Virus record (IMG/VR): IMGVR_UViG_3300045988_131044
Span: 19,100 to 83,099 of that record
Source: a virus
Strand: one strand, 5' to 3'
DNA: 64,000 nt
The notes beneath the pieces were generated by a model, which worked only from the letters and a program-made list of their open reading frames with translations, had not been told where the DNA came from and did not search any database. Position 1 is the stretch's first letter. Each line of letters begins with the position of its first letter. Below are positions 37,730 to 47,632 of the stretch, piece after piece. A program made the position numbers and the translations under genes.

Positions 37730-38720
37730 GATATTTTTCTTTTACCTTGTTACTAATTATCAAATCTGCCACATCATCTCCGTCTCCTACATTTTCAACA
37801 TTTTGAAGATAGTCCGATACTTTTATCCTTGACTTCATCATCATCCCATCTATCTTTTTACTCCATGTCTCAAATGCTTGTCCTTTGTCCGGAAAAGCTA
37901 CAGTCTTTCTATCTTTTAAAACATCTATCACTTCCGGTCTTAGATTCTGCAACCCACCGGTAGCTACAAATAACTCATCCGGTTTATTCACAGCGCATAT
38001 AATAGCCGTCTTTTCTGATTCCACCAAATTAACCACCTTATCCGGATACTGGCTTAGAAGATGTTCTCCGAACAGGCATTGTCTAAACAAGAAGTCTCTT
38101 GCATGCAACGAATGATAAAACATGACATGAGGTCGCTCATTGTCACCGTCTTTTTCTTTCACTCTTTTTACATCAATCTCATTCCCCTGGCTGTCGGTCT
38201 TTATGTAAAAAGACATAATCTTGCCGGTTCTACATACAAAGTCCTTATCTATCTGCCAGAATATACAACATCCTTTCCATCCCCATAAGTCCATTGTTCC
38301 AACATGATACCTTCTAAATACGTCAGATACCCTTTCTTTTCCCCATAGAGACGATAAAAACCTAAATACAGTATTTCTATCATCTGGAACCACAGTCCTC
38401 TCAAACTCGCTAAAAGGTATGTAATTTACAACGTCAGGATTTACAGGAGGACGATAAGCTCTTATACACTTGTTTCCCGAAATCCAAAGATCTTTATCAC
38501 CTACATCCTTACCGGTAGGTCGTTTATCGTAACCGCAAGTCCGTTCATGATCGCATCTTCCGAACTCGTTTCCAACAACCTGACCTGTTGCCACATCAAT
38601 ATAAGGGGTGAGGCACCGGCTTTTTCCGCAAGCCGGGCAGGTCAGCTTAAGTCGGCTCCTGCCGGGCCTGCGGTCAAGTTGAAACCGGGGTACGTTTTCG
38701 TATCTTCTAAAATCAAGCAT
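37707..38720 (-). CDS. putative primase-like replication protein with N-terminal zinc ribbon
   Basis: CPACG...C..HERTC Zn motif; context between helicase and nuclease genes; weak. Confidence 0.4.
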   Translation of the reverse strand: MLDFRRYENVPRFQLDRRPGRSRLKLTCPACGKSRCLTPYIDVATGQVVGNEFGRCDHERTCGYDKRPTGKDVGDKDLWISGNKCIRAYRPPVNPDVVNYIPFSEFERTVVPDDRNTVFRFLSSLWGKERVSDVFRRYHVGTMDLWGWKGCCIFWQIDKDFVCRTGKIMSFYIKTDSQGNEIDVKRVKEKDGDNERPHVMFYHSLHARDFLFRQCLFGEHLLSQYPDKVVNLVESEKTAIICAVNKPDELFVATGGLQNLRPEVIDVLKDRKTVAFPDKGQAFETWSKKIDGMMMKSRIKVSDYLQNVENVGDGDDVADLIISNKVKEKYHEPGCLY

Positions 38721-39063
38721 TTTTAGCTCCTCTCATTGCTTCTATGATTCTATCTGCTATAGTTATAGACCATGACACCACATCTGGTACATATACTCCG
38801 CAATCTATTTCTCCTTTTCTATGCAGCGTTTTAATAAACTCAATAGAATAAGCCTTAACAAGATCGAATCTACGTTGTTCCCAATCTACGTCTTTGTTTT
38901 CATCATCCACAGGAAGGGTATCGAGATAATAATTTAAACTCTCATTTATCACACTTCCGTTGCTGTCATAGAACTGTATTTGGTCATAGTCGCTTCTTAT
39001 AGTTGAACCACTGAAGGTGATTACGTCTATTATCTCCCCGGTTCTTCTAATTTTTCTTTTCAT
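38713..39063 (-). CDS. hypothetical protein (116 aa)
   Basis: ORF in array. Confidence 0.4.
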   Translation of the reverse strand: MKRKIRRTGEIIDVITFSGSTIRSDYDQIQFYDSNGSVINESLNYYLDTLPVDDENKDVDWEQRRFDLVKAYSIEFIKTLHRKGEIDCGVYVPDVVSWSITIADRIIEAMRGAKNA

Positions 39064-39069
39064 AATTCT

Positions 39070-40386
39070 TTAGATTACGAATCTTTTAGACATTTCCTCA
39101 GCAATATCATATACAACAATATGATCCTCTTCATTGTATGGCTTATTGATATTCAGCACTCCTTTTCTCACTTTGAACCTCTTATCTTTTCTGATATGAT
39201 TCAACATCCCTTGTTGGAATACACAGTCTGCCTTCTCCATAGCAGCATTTTTATCAGACCATTCTTTTAGCGTATAACCTTTACTGTTCGTGCTTTTTGG
39301 AGAAAAATTCATAATACGTGCATCAATTCCGTACCAGTTTTTAACCATTCTCCTTTCAGCCTCCAATTGAAAAGCATGTTCATTTCGTATGTCACCTGAT
39401 TTAAAATCTAAGATAACAATCTCTTCTTTCTCCACTTCTCTCACTTCCTTCTTCGGATCTCCTTTTTTGAACTGCCCCGTAGCCCTTTGATACACGGCTC
39501 CAAAATAACCTTCTTCTTTGTATTTGAATGTCATTTTAACCATCGCATCTATTGGCGTAGCTACCAAATAATCTTCTAATGACAATATTCTTTCAATCAT
39601 CATCGGCTTAACCTTATACTCCGAACAAAACTTAGCAAACTTCATAACTCTGACAATCATATCGTCAAGATCATCTATGCTACCAAAGAATTTGTCAAGA
39701 TTCTTTTTTGATATTTTAAGCTTGCCTTCTTGCACTGTCTTAACTATAAAACTTCGATTTAAGACCATATCTCTACCCGTCAAGTACAATCCGTATAGGT
39801 AGTGCATGATCGTTCCTTTATCTGCATCATATTCTGATACTTCTTCCGGATTGCGACCAATCATCCTCATCTCCTGTCTCCATTCTTGAAGAGCCGTCTT
39901 GTCATCTACGAATCCGTCTCTGATCATGGTTGTTACCGAAGCATATATCTTGGCTGTCCCATCGTCCATCTTTCTTACATAAAAACGATTACCGTCTAAT
40001 GTCAATCTTACGAATTTGGGAGTCTCGACCTTCTTTAACTCATCACAGATATAAAACGGCTCTAACGTTTCCTGATTTTCTGTAAACGGATTCGAATCCT
40101 CTTCTCCAGGGTTAGGAGCGGCTTCCTCCGCCGGAGCTTCCGGTTCCTCCTTCTGGGCCTGCTCTGGCTCAGGCGCCGGCTCTTCAACTACTGGAACCTG
40201 TCCACCTCTTTCCGCTATGTCTCTGTTCTTTATTAAAGACATAACCTCCTTCTTCAACTGCTCTGGTGTTTGGTTAGGATCTGACACCGACATCACAACA
40301 TCGTTCATTCTAAACAACGTATTTCCTTCTCCTTCTACCATAGGCGCAAACCCTAAATCTGTCAATATTTTTATTTTCTCTTTCAT
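39070..40386 (-). CDS. PD-(D/E)XK nuclease superfamily protein (RecB/Cas4-like core) with acidic Pro/Glu-rich linker
   Basis: EIVILDFKSG (DYKTG-like) motif; VVEEPAPEPEQAQKEEPEAPAEE linker. Confidence 0.5.
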   Translation of the reverse strand: MKEKIKILTDLGFAPMVEGEGNTLFRMNDVVMSVSDPNQTPEQLKKEVMSLIKNRDIAERGGQVPVVEEPAPEPEQAQKEEPEAPAEEAAPNPGEEDSNPFTENQETLEPFYICDELKKVETPKFVRLTLDGNRFYVRKMDDGTAKIYASVTTMIRDGFVDDKTALQEWRQEMRMIGRNPEEVSEYDADKGTIMHYLYGLYLTGRDMVLNRSFIVKTVQEGKLKISKKNLDKFFGSIDDLDDMIVRVMKFAKFCSEYKVKPMMIERILSLEDYLVATPIDAMVKMTFKYKEEGYFGAVYQRATGQFKKGDPKKEVREVEKEEIVILDFKSGDIRNEHAFQLEAERRMVKNWYGIDARIMNFSPKSTNSKGYTLKEWSDKNAAMEKADCVFQQGMLNHIRKDKRFKVRKGVLNINKPYNEEDHIVVYDIAEEMSKRFVI

Positions 40387-40568
40387 GATCTTCCTCTAAT
40401 CAATTCTTCTTTAATACAATGTAACACTGTTTCCACTTCATCTTTATCTCTATCTTTCACTGCGATAGCTATATCCTTGCCATAACTCTCTCTTCGTATG
40501 TGAGCATAAAAGATAGTTTCATCGTCAGCTTCTATTCTTATTTTATAAAGTTTTCTCATATCTGTCAA
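40383..40568 (-). CDS. hypothetical small protein
   Basis: overlapping ORF in array. Confidence 0.35.
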   Translation of the reverse strand: MTDMRKLYKIRIEADDETIFYAHIRRESYGKDIAIAVKDRDKDEVETVLHCIKEELIRGRS

Positions 40569-41058
40569 TTATTTCAATAATTAATCTACCTCTTTCTTTA
40601 ATCATTCCCCTGCTTTCCATATCCAGTACCTTCTTTACCGCATACTTCCACGCAAAAGGAAATTCTGTTTCAAGTTTATCAAATTCCATCCGGTCAAGAT
40701 ACATGTCGAATACCGTATGCTCCGATTCATGAAGGAAAACTATATTATCCCTGCAAGTAGCAACCGACTTATATATCCTTTTCGGAAGTATGTGACATAC
40801 GTTACATACTGTAGGAAAATGAATAGCCTTACCGGTCATAGACATTCGAATAGTACTCAACTCCTCCAACATAAGACGAAAAAACCCGGATAAATCCGGG
40901 TTCTCTAACTTTTTCTTCTTGCTGCTGTTTTTAATGGATGTAATTCTGTCTTTTTTCTTCGGAGTCAACTCTTTGCTCCTGCAAGCCTGGCATAAGCCAT
41001 GACTTCTTATCATTACTTTTCGTCCGCATTTTTCGCAGACGTACAATTTCTTTTCCAC
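40543..41058 (-). CDS. zinc-ribbon / HNH-like protein (possibly NinG/Rap-like)
   Basis: CEKCG...CQAC, CNVCH, LHESEH motifs. Confidence 0.4.
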   Translation of the reverse strand: MEKKLYVCEKCGRKVMIRSHGLCQACRSKELTPKKKDRITSIKNSSKKKKLENPDLSGFFRLMLEELSTIRMSMTGKAIHFPTVCNVCHILPKRIYKSVATCRDNIVFLHESEHTVFDMYLDRMEFDKLETEFPFAWKYAVKKVLDMESRGMIKERGRLIIEIIDRYEKTL

Positions 41059-41243
41059 TTTTTATATTTCAATACAAGTGATATGCTTGAAAAGGATACT
41101 GCCGTTAAAGATAACGTATATGGTAAGTTCATTAACCATCTCGGTACTTCTTCGGTCTTAATCACTATCAGCAAAGTAGCACCTGCCACTACCAATAATA
41201 CAATTGCCGTCGCAAGTGCTACACGGGAAACAACATCACTCAT
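41013..41243 (-). CDS. small membrane protein (2 TM)
   Basis: hydrophobic helices; overlaps neighbour by 46 nt. Confidence 0.3.
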   Translation of the reverse strand: MSDVVSRVALATAIVLLVVAGATLLIVIKTEEVPRWLMNLPYTLSLTAVSFSSISLVLKYKKWKRNCTSAKNADEK

Positions 41244-41706
41244 CAGTTTTCTTTTCTCCCAATTTTTCTACGCCTTTTTGCAGATCGTACTTAAACATTT
41301 CAATGATTTTCGTTTCCGCAATAGACTCGCAATTCCAGTCTCCTAACGTGCCCTGCATACCTTTAGTCAACACAGCCTCGGCATCCTTAGGATTGTCGGC
41401 CTGGACATACATATAGCATGGCGTTTTCTTTTCTTTACCTTTCTTTTCATCCAGTGTAATGTAATTTACCTTACACTTATACCAGTACTCAGCTTCTCCG
41501 TTGAAGAAGATTTCCGACACTTTAATAGGATTTATTTTAACAATGTCGAACACTTGAAATAAATCCTTGAAAATCTCTAAAGATCTTGATTCTGCCTCTG
41601 TATAAGATAAGGCATCTACCAAATACTTTTCAGTTACTTTCTTCTTTTTGCCGTTCTCGATATTATCAATCTCGGCTTTTACCGTAATTTCAAACCAGCG
41701 ATTCAT
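41236..41706 (-). CDS. DUF4494-like protein (Bacteroidota-associated family)
   Basis: N-terminus WFEITVKAEIDNIENGKKKKVTEKYLVDALSYTEAESRSLE matches my recollection of the DUF4494 consensus. Confidence 0.5.
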   Translation of the reverse strand: MNRWFEITVKAEIDNIENGKKKKVTEKYLVDALSYTEAESRSLEIFKDLFQVFDIVKINPIKVSEIFFNGEAEYWYKCKVNYITLDEKKGKEKKTPCYMYVQADNPKDAEAVLTKGMQGTLGDWNCESIAETKIIEMFKYDLQKGVEKLGEKKTDE

Positions 41707-41717
41707 TGTATTAATAT

Positions 41718-41996
41718 TTAATTAGTTGATTTCTTTCCTTTCTCTATACTGTTTTTAAATCTTTCAGAACACCACTGCAAAACGTCCATCATCATCATCT
41801 CATTATTAGATAAGATACCTTTTATAACTAACGCCAATTGATGCTGTGACATTCGTTGGCTCATATCAAATCTTCTTTCCTCTTCATTTACTATCGTAGC
41901 CACGAAATACTTACACCCCTCTAAGTGCGTCAGAGCCTCAATCATAGCTTCTTTTATCTCTTTTTCTTCCATTATGTTTGTTTTTTTTTTGGGCAA
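41718..41996 (-). CDS. hypothetical small protein
   Basis: ATG ORF. Confidence 0.4.
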   Translation of the reverse strand: MPKKKTNIMEEKEIKEAMIEALTHLEGCKYFVATIVNEEERRFDMSQRMSQHQLALVIKGILSNNEMMMMDVLQWCSERFKNSIEKGKKSTN

Positions 41997-42048
41997 AGAT
42001 ATGTCTTTTGATAATAAAAAAGATTCAAAATGATTTAATTTAGCTTAA

Positions 42049-42717
42049 TTACTGCTCTTTTGATTCGTCCGGTATAGGCATGTCAAACTTTTTTCTGATA
42101 AACGACTCTGTTTCTTCATTGAATGGATAGGCTTCCTTAATAAAATTCATAGCTACCTCCATATCACCATCTGCTATATCTTTATACCTTTCAAAGATGC
42201 CAACCAGGTCATTGTTATATGAACGCTCTTGTTTTATGTTGTACACGTATTTCAACACCCTGTCTTTAATTTCATTGGCATTTTTCAAAGTGTTATTGAA
42301 GGAATTTATACTTTCCAATTCTGGATCTTGGTTTTCCTTGTTTACCTTATCAAACTCTTCTTTGCTATACCCCGCTTCCCCTTTAATAGCCGGGCAAACA
42401 CTTTCTTTTATGATCCAAAACTGTTCATACGATCCTGTCAGAAACCTTGATTCTATTTTAAATGCATTATATTTAACAAGCAAATTAGCCACCTCAGTTG
42501 CACCTTCTACGGTTCTAAAACCGATGCCGATATCTTTTAACATAAATACTGGAACTCCCGTTCTTGGATACACGACTTCTTTTTCGTTCTTTATATTCCA
42601 ATTTTTAGCTTCAATTGGAATACCTTTACCAGCAAGCTCTTTGTCTATATACAGACTTATCTCTTCGTCTGTCAATGCCACAATCTCATCTCTGCTTAAA
42701 TCAAAAACTGTTTTCAT
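42049..42717 (-). CDS. hypothetical protein (222 aa)
   Basis: ATG ORF. Confidence 0.5.
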   Translation of the reverse strand: MKTVFDLSRDEIVALTDEEISLYIDKELAGKGIPIEAKNWNIKNEKEVVYPRTGVPVFMLKDIGIGFRTVEGATEVANLLVKYNAFKIESRFLTGSYEQFWIIKESVCPAIKGEAGYSKEEFDKVNKENQDPELESINSFNNTLKNANEIKDRVLKYVYNIKQERSYNNDLVGIFERYKDIADGDMEVAMNFIKEAYPFNEETESFIRKKFDMPIPDESKEQ

Positions 42718-42917
42718 TTCTTTTTATTTATTAAATTAAACAATCTACCTCTTTGTTCAGGCTCCGTATATTCAACCCATATATCGGCTGCCACATTTCT
42801 AAGAAATTCCATAAAGTCTTGATGATCCCTGTATTCAGCAGAATCAACTTTTCTCACAAAACTTAGAATTTCCTTTAACATCTTATTGTTTTCTTCAAGA
42901 AGTTCTCTGTCGGTCAT
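42714..42917 (-). CDS. hypothetical small protein
   Basis: overlapping stop/start. Confidence 0.4.
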   Translation of the reverse strand: MTDRELLEENNKMLKEILSFVRKVDSAEYRDHQDFMEFLRNVAADIWVEYTEPEQRGRLFNLINKKK

Positions 42918-42936
42918 AACCTTTCATATTTTCTTC

Positions 42937-43380
42937 TTAACTCATTTTTACCCATTTGGCATTATCAGGTATTAAATCCTTAAATTCTTCTGGGATTTTC
43001 CCTTGATGCCACCAATCATTGGAAATGATTTTTCTCCCATCATTTGAAATAGCCTCCATCATTCTTCCTCCCATACCCATGAATCTTCGTGTTTTGTTGT
43101 TTGTATTGGGAACAAACGGATTAGCTATCCATGATTCTCCATCTATAATCAACCAATTGGGATTATTCTTATTCTCTTCATATAGTCTGATCCAAAACGC
43201 ACAAGAATAGCAAACTCCATCTCGTTCCATAATAGACCGTATAGGACATTTACAAAAATGTTCTGGATTCATGCTATGTATATTATTTTGCCCCGACCCA
43301 TCTTCGCAGCCGCATTTGGGACATATTTTCTTCTTTTCGCTTTCCATATTGCTTATGCTGTTTTTAAGGTAATAGATCAT
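42937..43380 (-). CDS. Zn-ribbon (CPKCG) protein, paralog of 20752..21240
   Basis: shared motifs with 20752..21240. Confidence 0.55.
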   Translation of the reverse strand: MIYYLKNSISNMESEKKKICPKCGCEDGSGQNNIHSMNPEHFCKCPIRSIMERDGVCYSCAFWIRLYEENKNNPNWLIIDGESWIANPFVPNTNNKTRRFMGMGGRMMEAISNDGRKIISNDWWHQGKIPEEFKDLIPDNAKWVKMS

Positions 43381-43624
43381 CTAAATAAGCCCATGATTCC
43401 ATTTCATCTAATCTGTATAAAATACATCCTGGACGGCTGGATATAAAAGTTTTGTTCTCTTCCAATATACCCATAATTGGATTCTTTGATCCTATTGTTG
43501 ATTTCTTAGGGAGAAACACAATAAAACGGTGGCAATCTGGAATTACTGTTATAGAATGCCACACGCTGTTAATGCGCCACTCTGCACCAGCTTTAAAAAG
43601 AGGAATAGCATATTCTTGTTCCAT
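43364..43624 (-). CDS. hypothetical small protein
   Basis: ORF in array. Confidence 0.4.
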   Translation of the reverse strand: MEQEYAIPLFKAGAEWRINSVWHSITVIPDCHRFIVFLPKKSTIGSKNPIMGILEENKTFISSRPGCILYRLDEMESWAYLDDLLP

Positions 43625-43630
43625 GTCTAT

Positions 43631-44086
43631 TTAGTTTTGAATTAATGTGAAAAGAGCAATTATAGCCGCAACTGATATAATAGATAAAATAACGTTTGCC
43701 AATATATGCTTTAAGAGGCGCCTTTCGAGATTTGCGATATGCTTTCTTAGTCCTTCGCAATGTTTTTTTGTAGATCTGGATTCTTTGAGTTCTTTGTTGT
43801 ATTTTACCATATTTTTGTCGCACCATTTCATTATATCAGCACTTGCTTTGTTAAGCATATCTCTGATTTTTTTATCATCATAGAATGGTATTTCAACATC
43901 AACACAAGTATTTGGCCTGTATAATAATCCGTATGTATCAAAGCACACTTTCAATGTGACAACTTCAGGCTTAGCCATTTCTTCGGCTTGTTTCTTTATC
44001 TGCTCATCTGTTGCTTCGGCTTTAGCTTTAAGCTCATTGTAGTCTTCTATATTCAACAAAGCCATGTTTTCAAATTCTGTATTCAT
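43631..44086 (-). CDS. coiled-coil protein with C-terminal TM anchor
   Basis: C-terminal ILANVILSIISVAAIIALFTLI. Confidence 0.45.
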   Translation of the reverse strand: MNTEFENMALLNIEDYNELKAKAEATDEQIKKQAEEMAKPEVVTLKVCFDTYGLLYRPNTCVDVEIPFYDDKKIRDMLNKASADIMKWCDKNMVKYNKELKESRSTKKHCEGLRKHIANLERRLLKHILANVILSIISVAAIIALFTLIQN

Positions 44087-44272
44087 ATCTACTATTTCTT
44101 ATTTAGAGTGAATGTTTGCCAAATGCTTTATCCCAACGCCTGCTTGCTATCTGTACACATACTACCAACGCATCACGATATTTACGGGATTAGATGGTTC
44201 TTATGTGGCGGATGTTGATAATCCTAACAACGCATTCGTACTGATTTTTGCAAACTGTTCACTCAATTATTT

Positions 44273-44524
44273 TTAATTTTTAATTAATTCAACTCCTATA
44301 ATATCTTCGTAATCAATATAGTGCATCATTGAAACACCGTTGTCATCATCAGCCATTATTTCAACACAAGCAGAACAGCCATTGAACGCACCTTCGATTG
44401 TTATACCTGTTAATTGCCTAAAGAATCCGAGAAATTTCTTTGGTTTGATAACCCTAATGCGGACAAGATCATTCCAAGTTATTCCTTTCTCTTTGCAAAT
44501 AGATTTAAACTTCTCGGCTGTCAT
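44273..44524 (-). CDS. hypothetical small protein
   Basis: ATG ORF. Confidence 0.4.
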   Translation of the reverse strand: MTAEKFKSICKEKGITWNDLVRIRVIKPKKFLGFFRQLTGITIEGAFNGCSACVEIMADDDNGVSMMHYIDYEDIIGVELIKN

Positions 44525-44531
44525 AGCTCAC

Positions 44532-44729
44532 TTATTTTTTACGATTACGTTTATTCATTTTCTTCTTCTTACGATCTTTCTTGATCTGTTTTTCGTTTCT
44601 TCCGGATTTGCAAGAAGAACCTTTACATGCTGGCGGTCTATTTTCCCACATCGGGAGGCTGGCTTCTATTTCATCCATAACAGGCTCTTTAGTCGTTGGC
44701 TTATTGTAGTAGATATACTCGTTATCCAT
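44532..44729 (-). CDS. small basic protein (KKDRKKKKMNKRNRKK tail)
   Basis: ATG ORF. Confidence 0.3.
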   Translation of the reverse strand: MDNEYIYYNKPTTKEPVMDEIEASLPMWENRPPACKGSSCKSGRNEKQIKKDRKKKKMNKRNRKK

Positions 44730-44753
44730 GACTTAGTTCTTTTTAGCTGTTAG

Positions 44754-45113
44754 TTAATCTTCTAAATTGTCCTTACCTTCTAATTCAGATAATGCTTGTT
44801 CAAATTCCTTTATTTCCTTTAAGGCATATTCCTTACGATAGGTGATAATATCACGTTGTGTATAATCCGTAAAAAATCGGTCTATAAGGTTCTTATAATG
44901 AAACCGTACAGGTTCTTCACAACAATTTAGTAAAATCACAAAATTGGAATTTCTCGGATGAAAGCACAAGAATCTGTAATAATTCACTTTCCCGGCTATA
45001 CATTCAATTAACTTTTCATCTGTCTTCAATTTATCGACGTCTTCTATGTTTAATATCGGTTTCATCTCTTTAATTGTTGGGTAAAAACAAAAGCGACATA
45101 TTGGACTCAGCAA
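44754..45113 (-). CDS. hypothetical protein (119 aa)
   Basis: ORF in array. Confidence 0.4.
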   Translation of the reverse strand: MLSPICRFCFYPTIKEMKPILNIEDVDKLKTDEKLIECIAGKVNYYRFLCFHPRNSNFVILLNCCEEPVRFHYKNLIDRFFTDYTQRDIITYRKEYALKEIKEFEQALSELEGKDNLED

Positions 45114-45816
45114 TTGCTTTTATTTGTTCTGGATTGATAAAACTCTTGACTTGTTCACTTATATTGCAAATAGACTTGATCATATCAACGAATAATTTTG
45201 AGGTACATTCGTTACATTCCACTTCCATTACCGGTTTATATCTATTGTATGATATGCTCGTTACACAATTCAGCCAGTGCGCATAAGTTTCTTTTTCTGT
45301 ATTTAACCTATCGTATTCTACTTTTGTCTCTCCATTTCCATATTCAATTACTCTTTTTAGAAATGGTTTTGCATAAACACTAAAACCGAAAGGTTGGGTG
45401 TTTAAGGCATCTAAACGGGAAGTTCCATCCCTCCATTCTCCATTCTCATCATTTCCTGTCCATTCCACAGAGGGGTTAGGAACAATGTCTCCGTTTTTGT
45501 CATAGGCAAATAAACATAGAGTTTCTAACTGATACTTAATAACAGGTACTTCTTCTACTATTTTATAACTCAAACATCTCTTCAGAACTTTCCTGATTTG
45601 ACTCACTAGATCAGAAAATGATGTGCTATTGAAATATCCTTCGTTACCTAATCTGTTTGTAGGTAATTTGATCCCATAAGAACGAATCTTATCCACATCT
45701 TCTTTTGATAAAGTAGTGGTAAGCACTCCTTTTTGGGTGATATTCACTTTAACAGCTACAGATAAACTGTTGTTATCATTCTTTTCCGTTATATTTAGTG
45801 TTGTTAATACTGCCAT
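45070..45816 (-). CDS. hypothetical protein (248 aa)
   Basis: ATG ORF. Confidence 0.5.
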   Translation of the reverse strand: MAVLTTLNITEKNDNNSLSVAVKVNITQKGVLTTTLSKEDVDKIRSYGIKLPTNRLGNEGYFNSTSFSDLVSQIRKVLKRCLSYKIVEEVPVIKYQLETLCLFAYDKNGDIVPNPSVEWTGNDENGEWRDGTSRLDALNTQPFGFSVYAKPFLKRVIEYGNGETKVEYDRLNTEKETYAHWLNCVTSISYNRYKPVMEVECNECTSKLFVDMIKSICNISEQVKSFINPEQIKAIAESNMSLLFLPNN

Positions 45817-45834
45817 AATAAGATCTTTTTGAAA

Positions 45835-46086
45835 TCAATTCGAATAAATATAATGCATTCCTGCTTCATATACCTTATGTACATCAGGGTCATTCTTGTC
45901 TTCCGGTTCCAATTCACTCTCTTCACAAGTATAATCCCATTCAGAGTTGTAGTACATATCCTCGTCTGTTTTCTCCAAGGAACAATCTTTCATTAGATTC
46001 ATATTTTCTCCCCATACTGCAACTTCTTGCTGTTGCTCTTCTTCTGTCATAAGGGATATTTTGTCTTTTAATTCTTTCCAGGTCAT
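45835..46086 (-). CDS. hypothetical acidic small protein
   Basis: ATG ORF. Confidence 0.4.
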   Translation of the reverse strand: MTWKELKDKISLMTEEEQQQEVAVWGENMNLMKDCSLEKTDEDMYYNSEWDYTCEESELEPEDKNDPDVHKVYEAGMHYIYSN

Positions 46087-46110
46087 GATTTTTAAAAGAT
46101 GATTAATAAT

Positions 46111-46494
46111 TCATTCTACATCAAAAAGTTGATCTAACACCAATAATTCGGCATCCATATCTTCATCTTTCGGGAAACGAACTTTTATGTTTCCGAACTT
46201 AGATGTTTTGAATAAGATGTAGGGGTTCATGTCTTCGGCAGTCACCGGCTTATATTCCTTAACTTCCGACATCTTGAGATACCAGTCGCCTATTTTTACA
46301 AATTCGGAGAAGACAGAACACAGATGCGCTTTTACAGACTGTATCTCCTTTTTATCTTTGAAAGGTATAATTTCGTCCTTTCCCCTTATCCTGATTGACA
46401 AGAAAGGACGAATGTTATCTGTTTCATTTTGAAATTTGAAGCCTGTTATGGCTTGCTTGGGGATTCTTCTTCCCATTAATATAAAATAGCTCAT
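46111..46494 (-). CDS. hypothetical protein (127 aa)
   Basis: ATG ORF. Confidence 0.45.
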   Translation of the reverse strand: MSYFILMGRRIPKQAITGFKFQNETDNIRPFLSIRIRGKDEIIPFKDKKEIQSVKAHLCSVFSEFVKIGDWYLKMSEVKEYKPVTAEDMNPYILFKTSKFGNIKVRFPKDEDMDAELLVLDQLFDVE

Positions 46495-46838
46495 TGTGAT
46501 AAGTGATTTTGTTTTATATCAGGTAAGTAATTTGTAATAACATCAAGTGATATCCATAACTCTGGCTCTATGCTGTTTTTTATTCTATCACTGAAAAACG
46601 AATTATCATCACAATCACAATGAGAGATTGTGATATAACAATCTTGATAATCCCACCAATGAGCCGATTTAAAATCGTCTCCTCCATTCCAAAACCCTAT
46701 TCTTATACCTCTTGGGTTGAAATCTTCATCTATCCAACTTGGGTGATAAGCCAACACTTCTTCTCCCTCTGGAGGTTTTTCCTCTTTGTATTTCTTCCAG
46801 TTCATATCACTTTTAATTAGTTGGACACAAATGTACAA
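46491..46838 (-). CDS. hypothetical protein (115 aa)
   Basis: overlapping stop/start. Confidence 0.45.
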   Translation of the reverse strand: MYICVQLIKSDMNWKKYKEEKPPEGEEVLAYHPSWIDEDFNPRGIRIGFWNGGDDFKSAHWWDYQDCYITISHCDCDDNSFFSDRIKNSIEPELWISLDVITNYLPDIKQNHLSQ

Positions 46839-47620
46839 GTTTTATTAAGATACCCTTCTGTCATCTCTATGAAATTCACACAATCTAATTTGCTTAACTT
46901 GTAAATCAATGCCGGATTGTGTATTATGGCTATAATTTGCGTTTGTGGTTTATGGAATGACAATACATTATAAATTTGCATTATGTTGTCAATGTCAAGA
47001 TTCCTGTCTGGCTCATCCATGAGAACCGTGTATTCAAAACTGCTTTCTGTTAATGTTATGCGATTTCTTTTATAATACTTCAACAGATTATCAATTCTTT
47101 TAATCCAAAACGCATTTGATTTTTTCTTGTATTCTACAAGATCTTGTATTGGAAATGTATAATCCTTTTGACCGAACATTAAATTGAAAAGTGATTCCAA
47201 TGATAACACCACTTTCTCTCCATAAGATCTTTGAATACTATTCGCATACAAATCTAAATTGCTGATGTTTTTCAATACACTATCTCGATTCATCTCCGCC
47301 GATGGCAATAAACGGAATACTTTCCCTGCATAATCGGATGATATGTCAATCCCATCAAGAACCTTGTCATCATCATCATCATCAAATATAGGTGGAAAAT
47401 CCAGTGCCTCGATCGGTATTTCAGAACACATGGATTTCTCACATAACGCATACATTGATATGATGTTAAGCAAAGTTGATTTCCCACTACCGTTTTTACC
47501 TATAATTACATTCACTCCTGGCTTGAAAATAAATTCTCTGCCATTTTCAAATGCTTCTATATTAGAAACGTATTCAAAAGGAGTTTTTGTGTTGTCTTTT
47601 ATTTTTACTGATGTTATCAT
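46817..47620 (-). CDS. ABC/SMC-type AAA ATPase (AAA_21-like)
   Basis: Walker A IIGKNGSGKST; Walker B/D-loop VLMDEPDRNLD; H-loop IIAIIHNP. Confidence 0.7.
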   Translation of the reverse strand: MITSVKIKDNTKTPFEYVSNIEAFENGREFIFKPGVNVIIGKNGSGKSTLLNIISMYALCEKSMCSEIPIEALDFPPIFDDDDDDKVLDGIDISSDYAGKVFRLLPSAEMNRDSVLKNISNLDLYANSIQRSYGEKVVLSLESLFNLMFGQKDYTFPIQDLVEYKKKSNAFWIKRIDNLLKYYKRNRITLTESSFEYTVLMDEPDRNLDIDNIMQIYNVLSFHKPQTQIIAIIHNPALIYKLSKLDCVNFIEMTEGYLNKTCTFVSN

Positions 47621-47632
47621 ATGTAATCCTTT

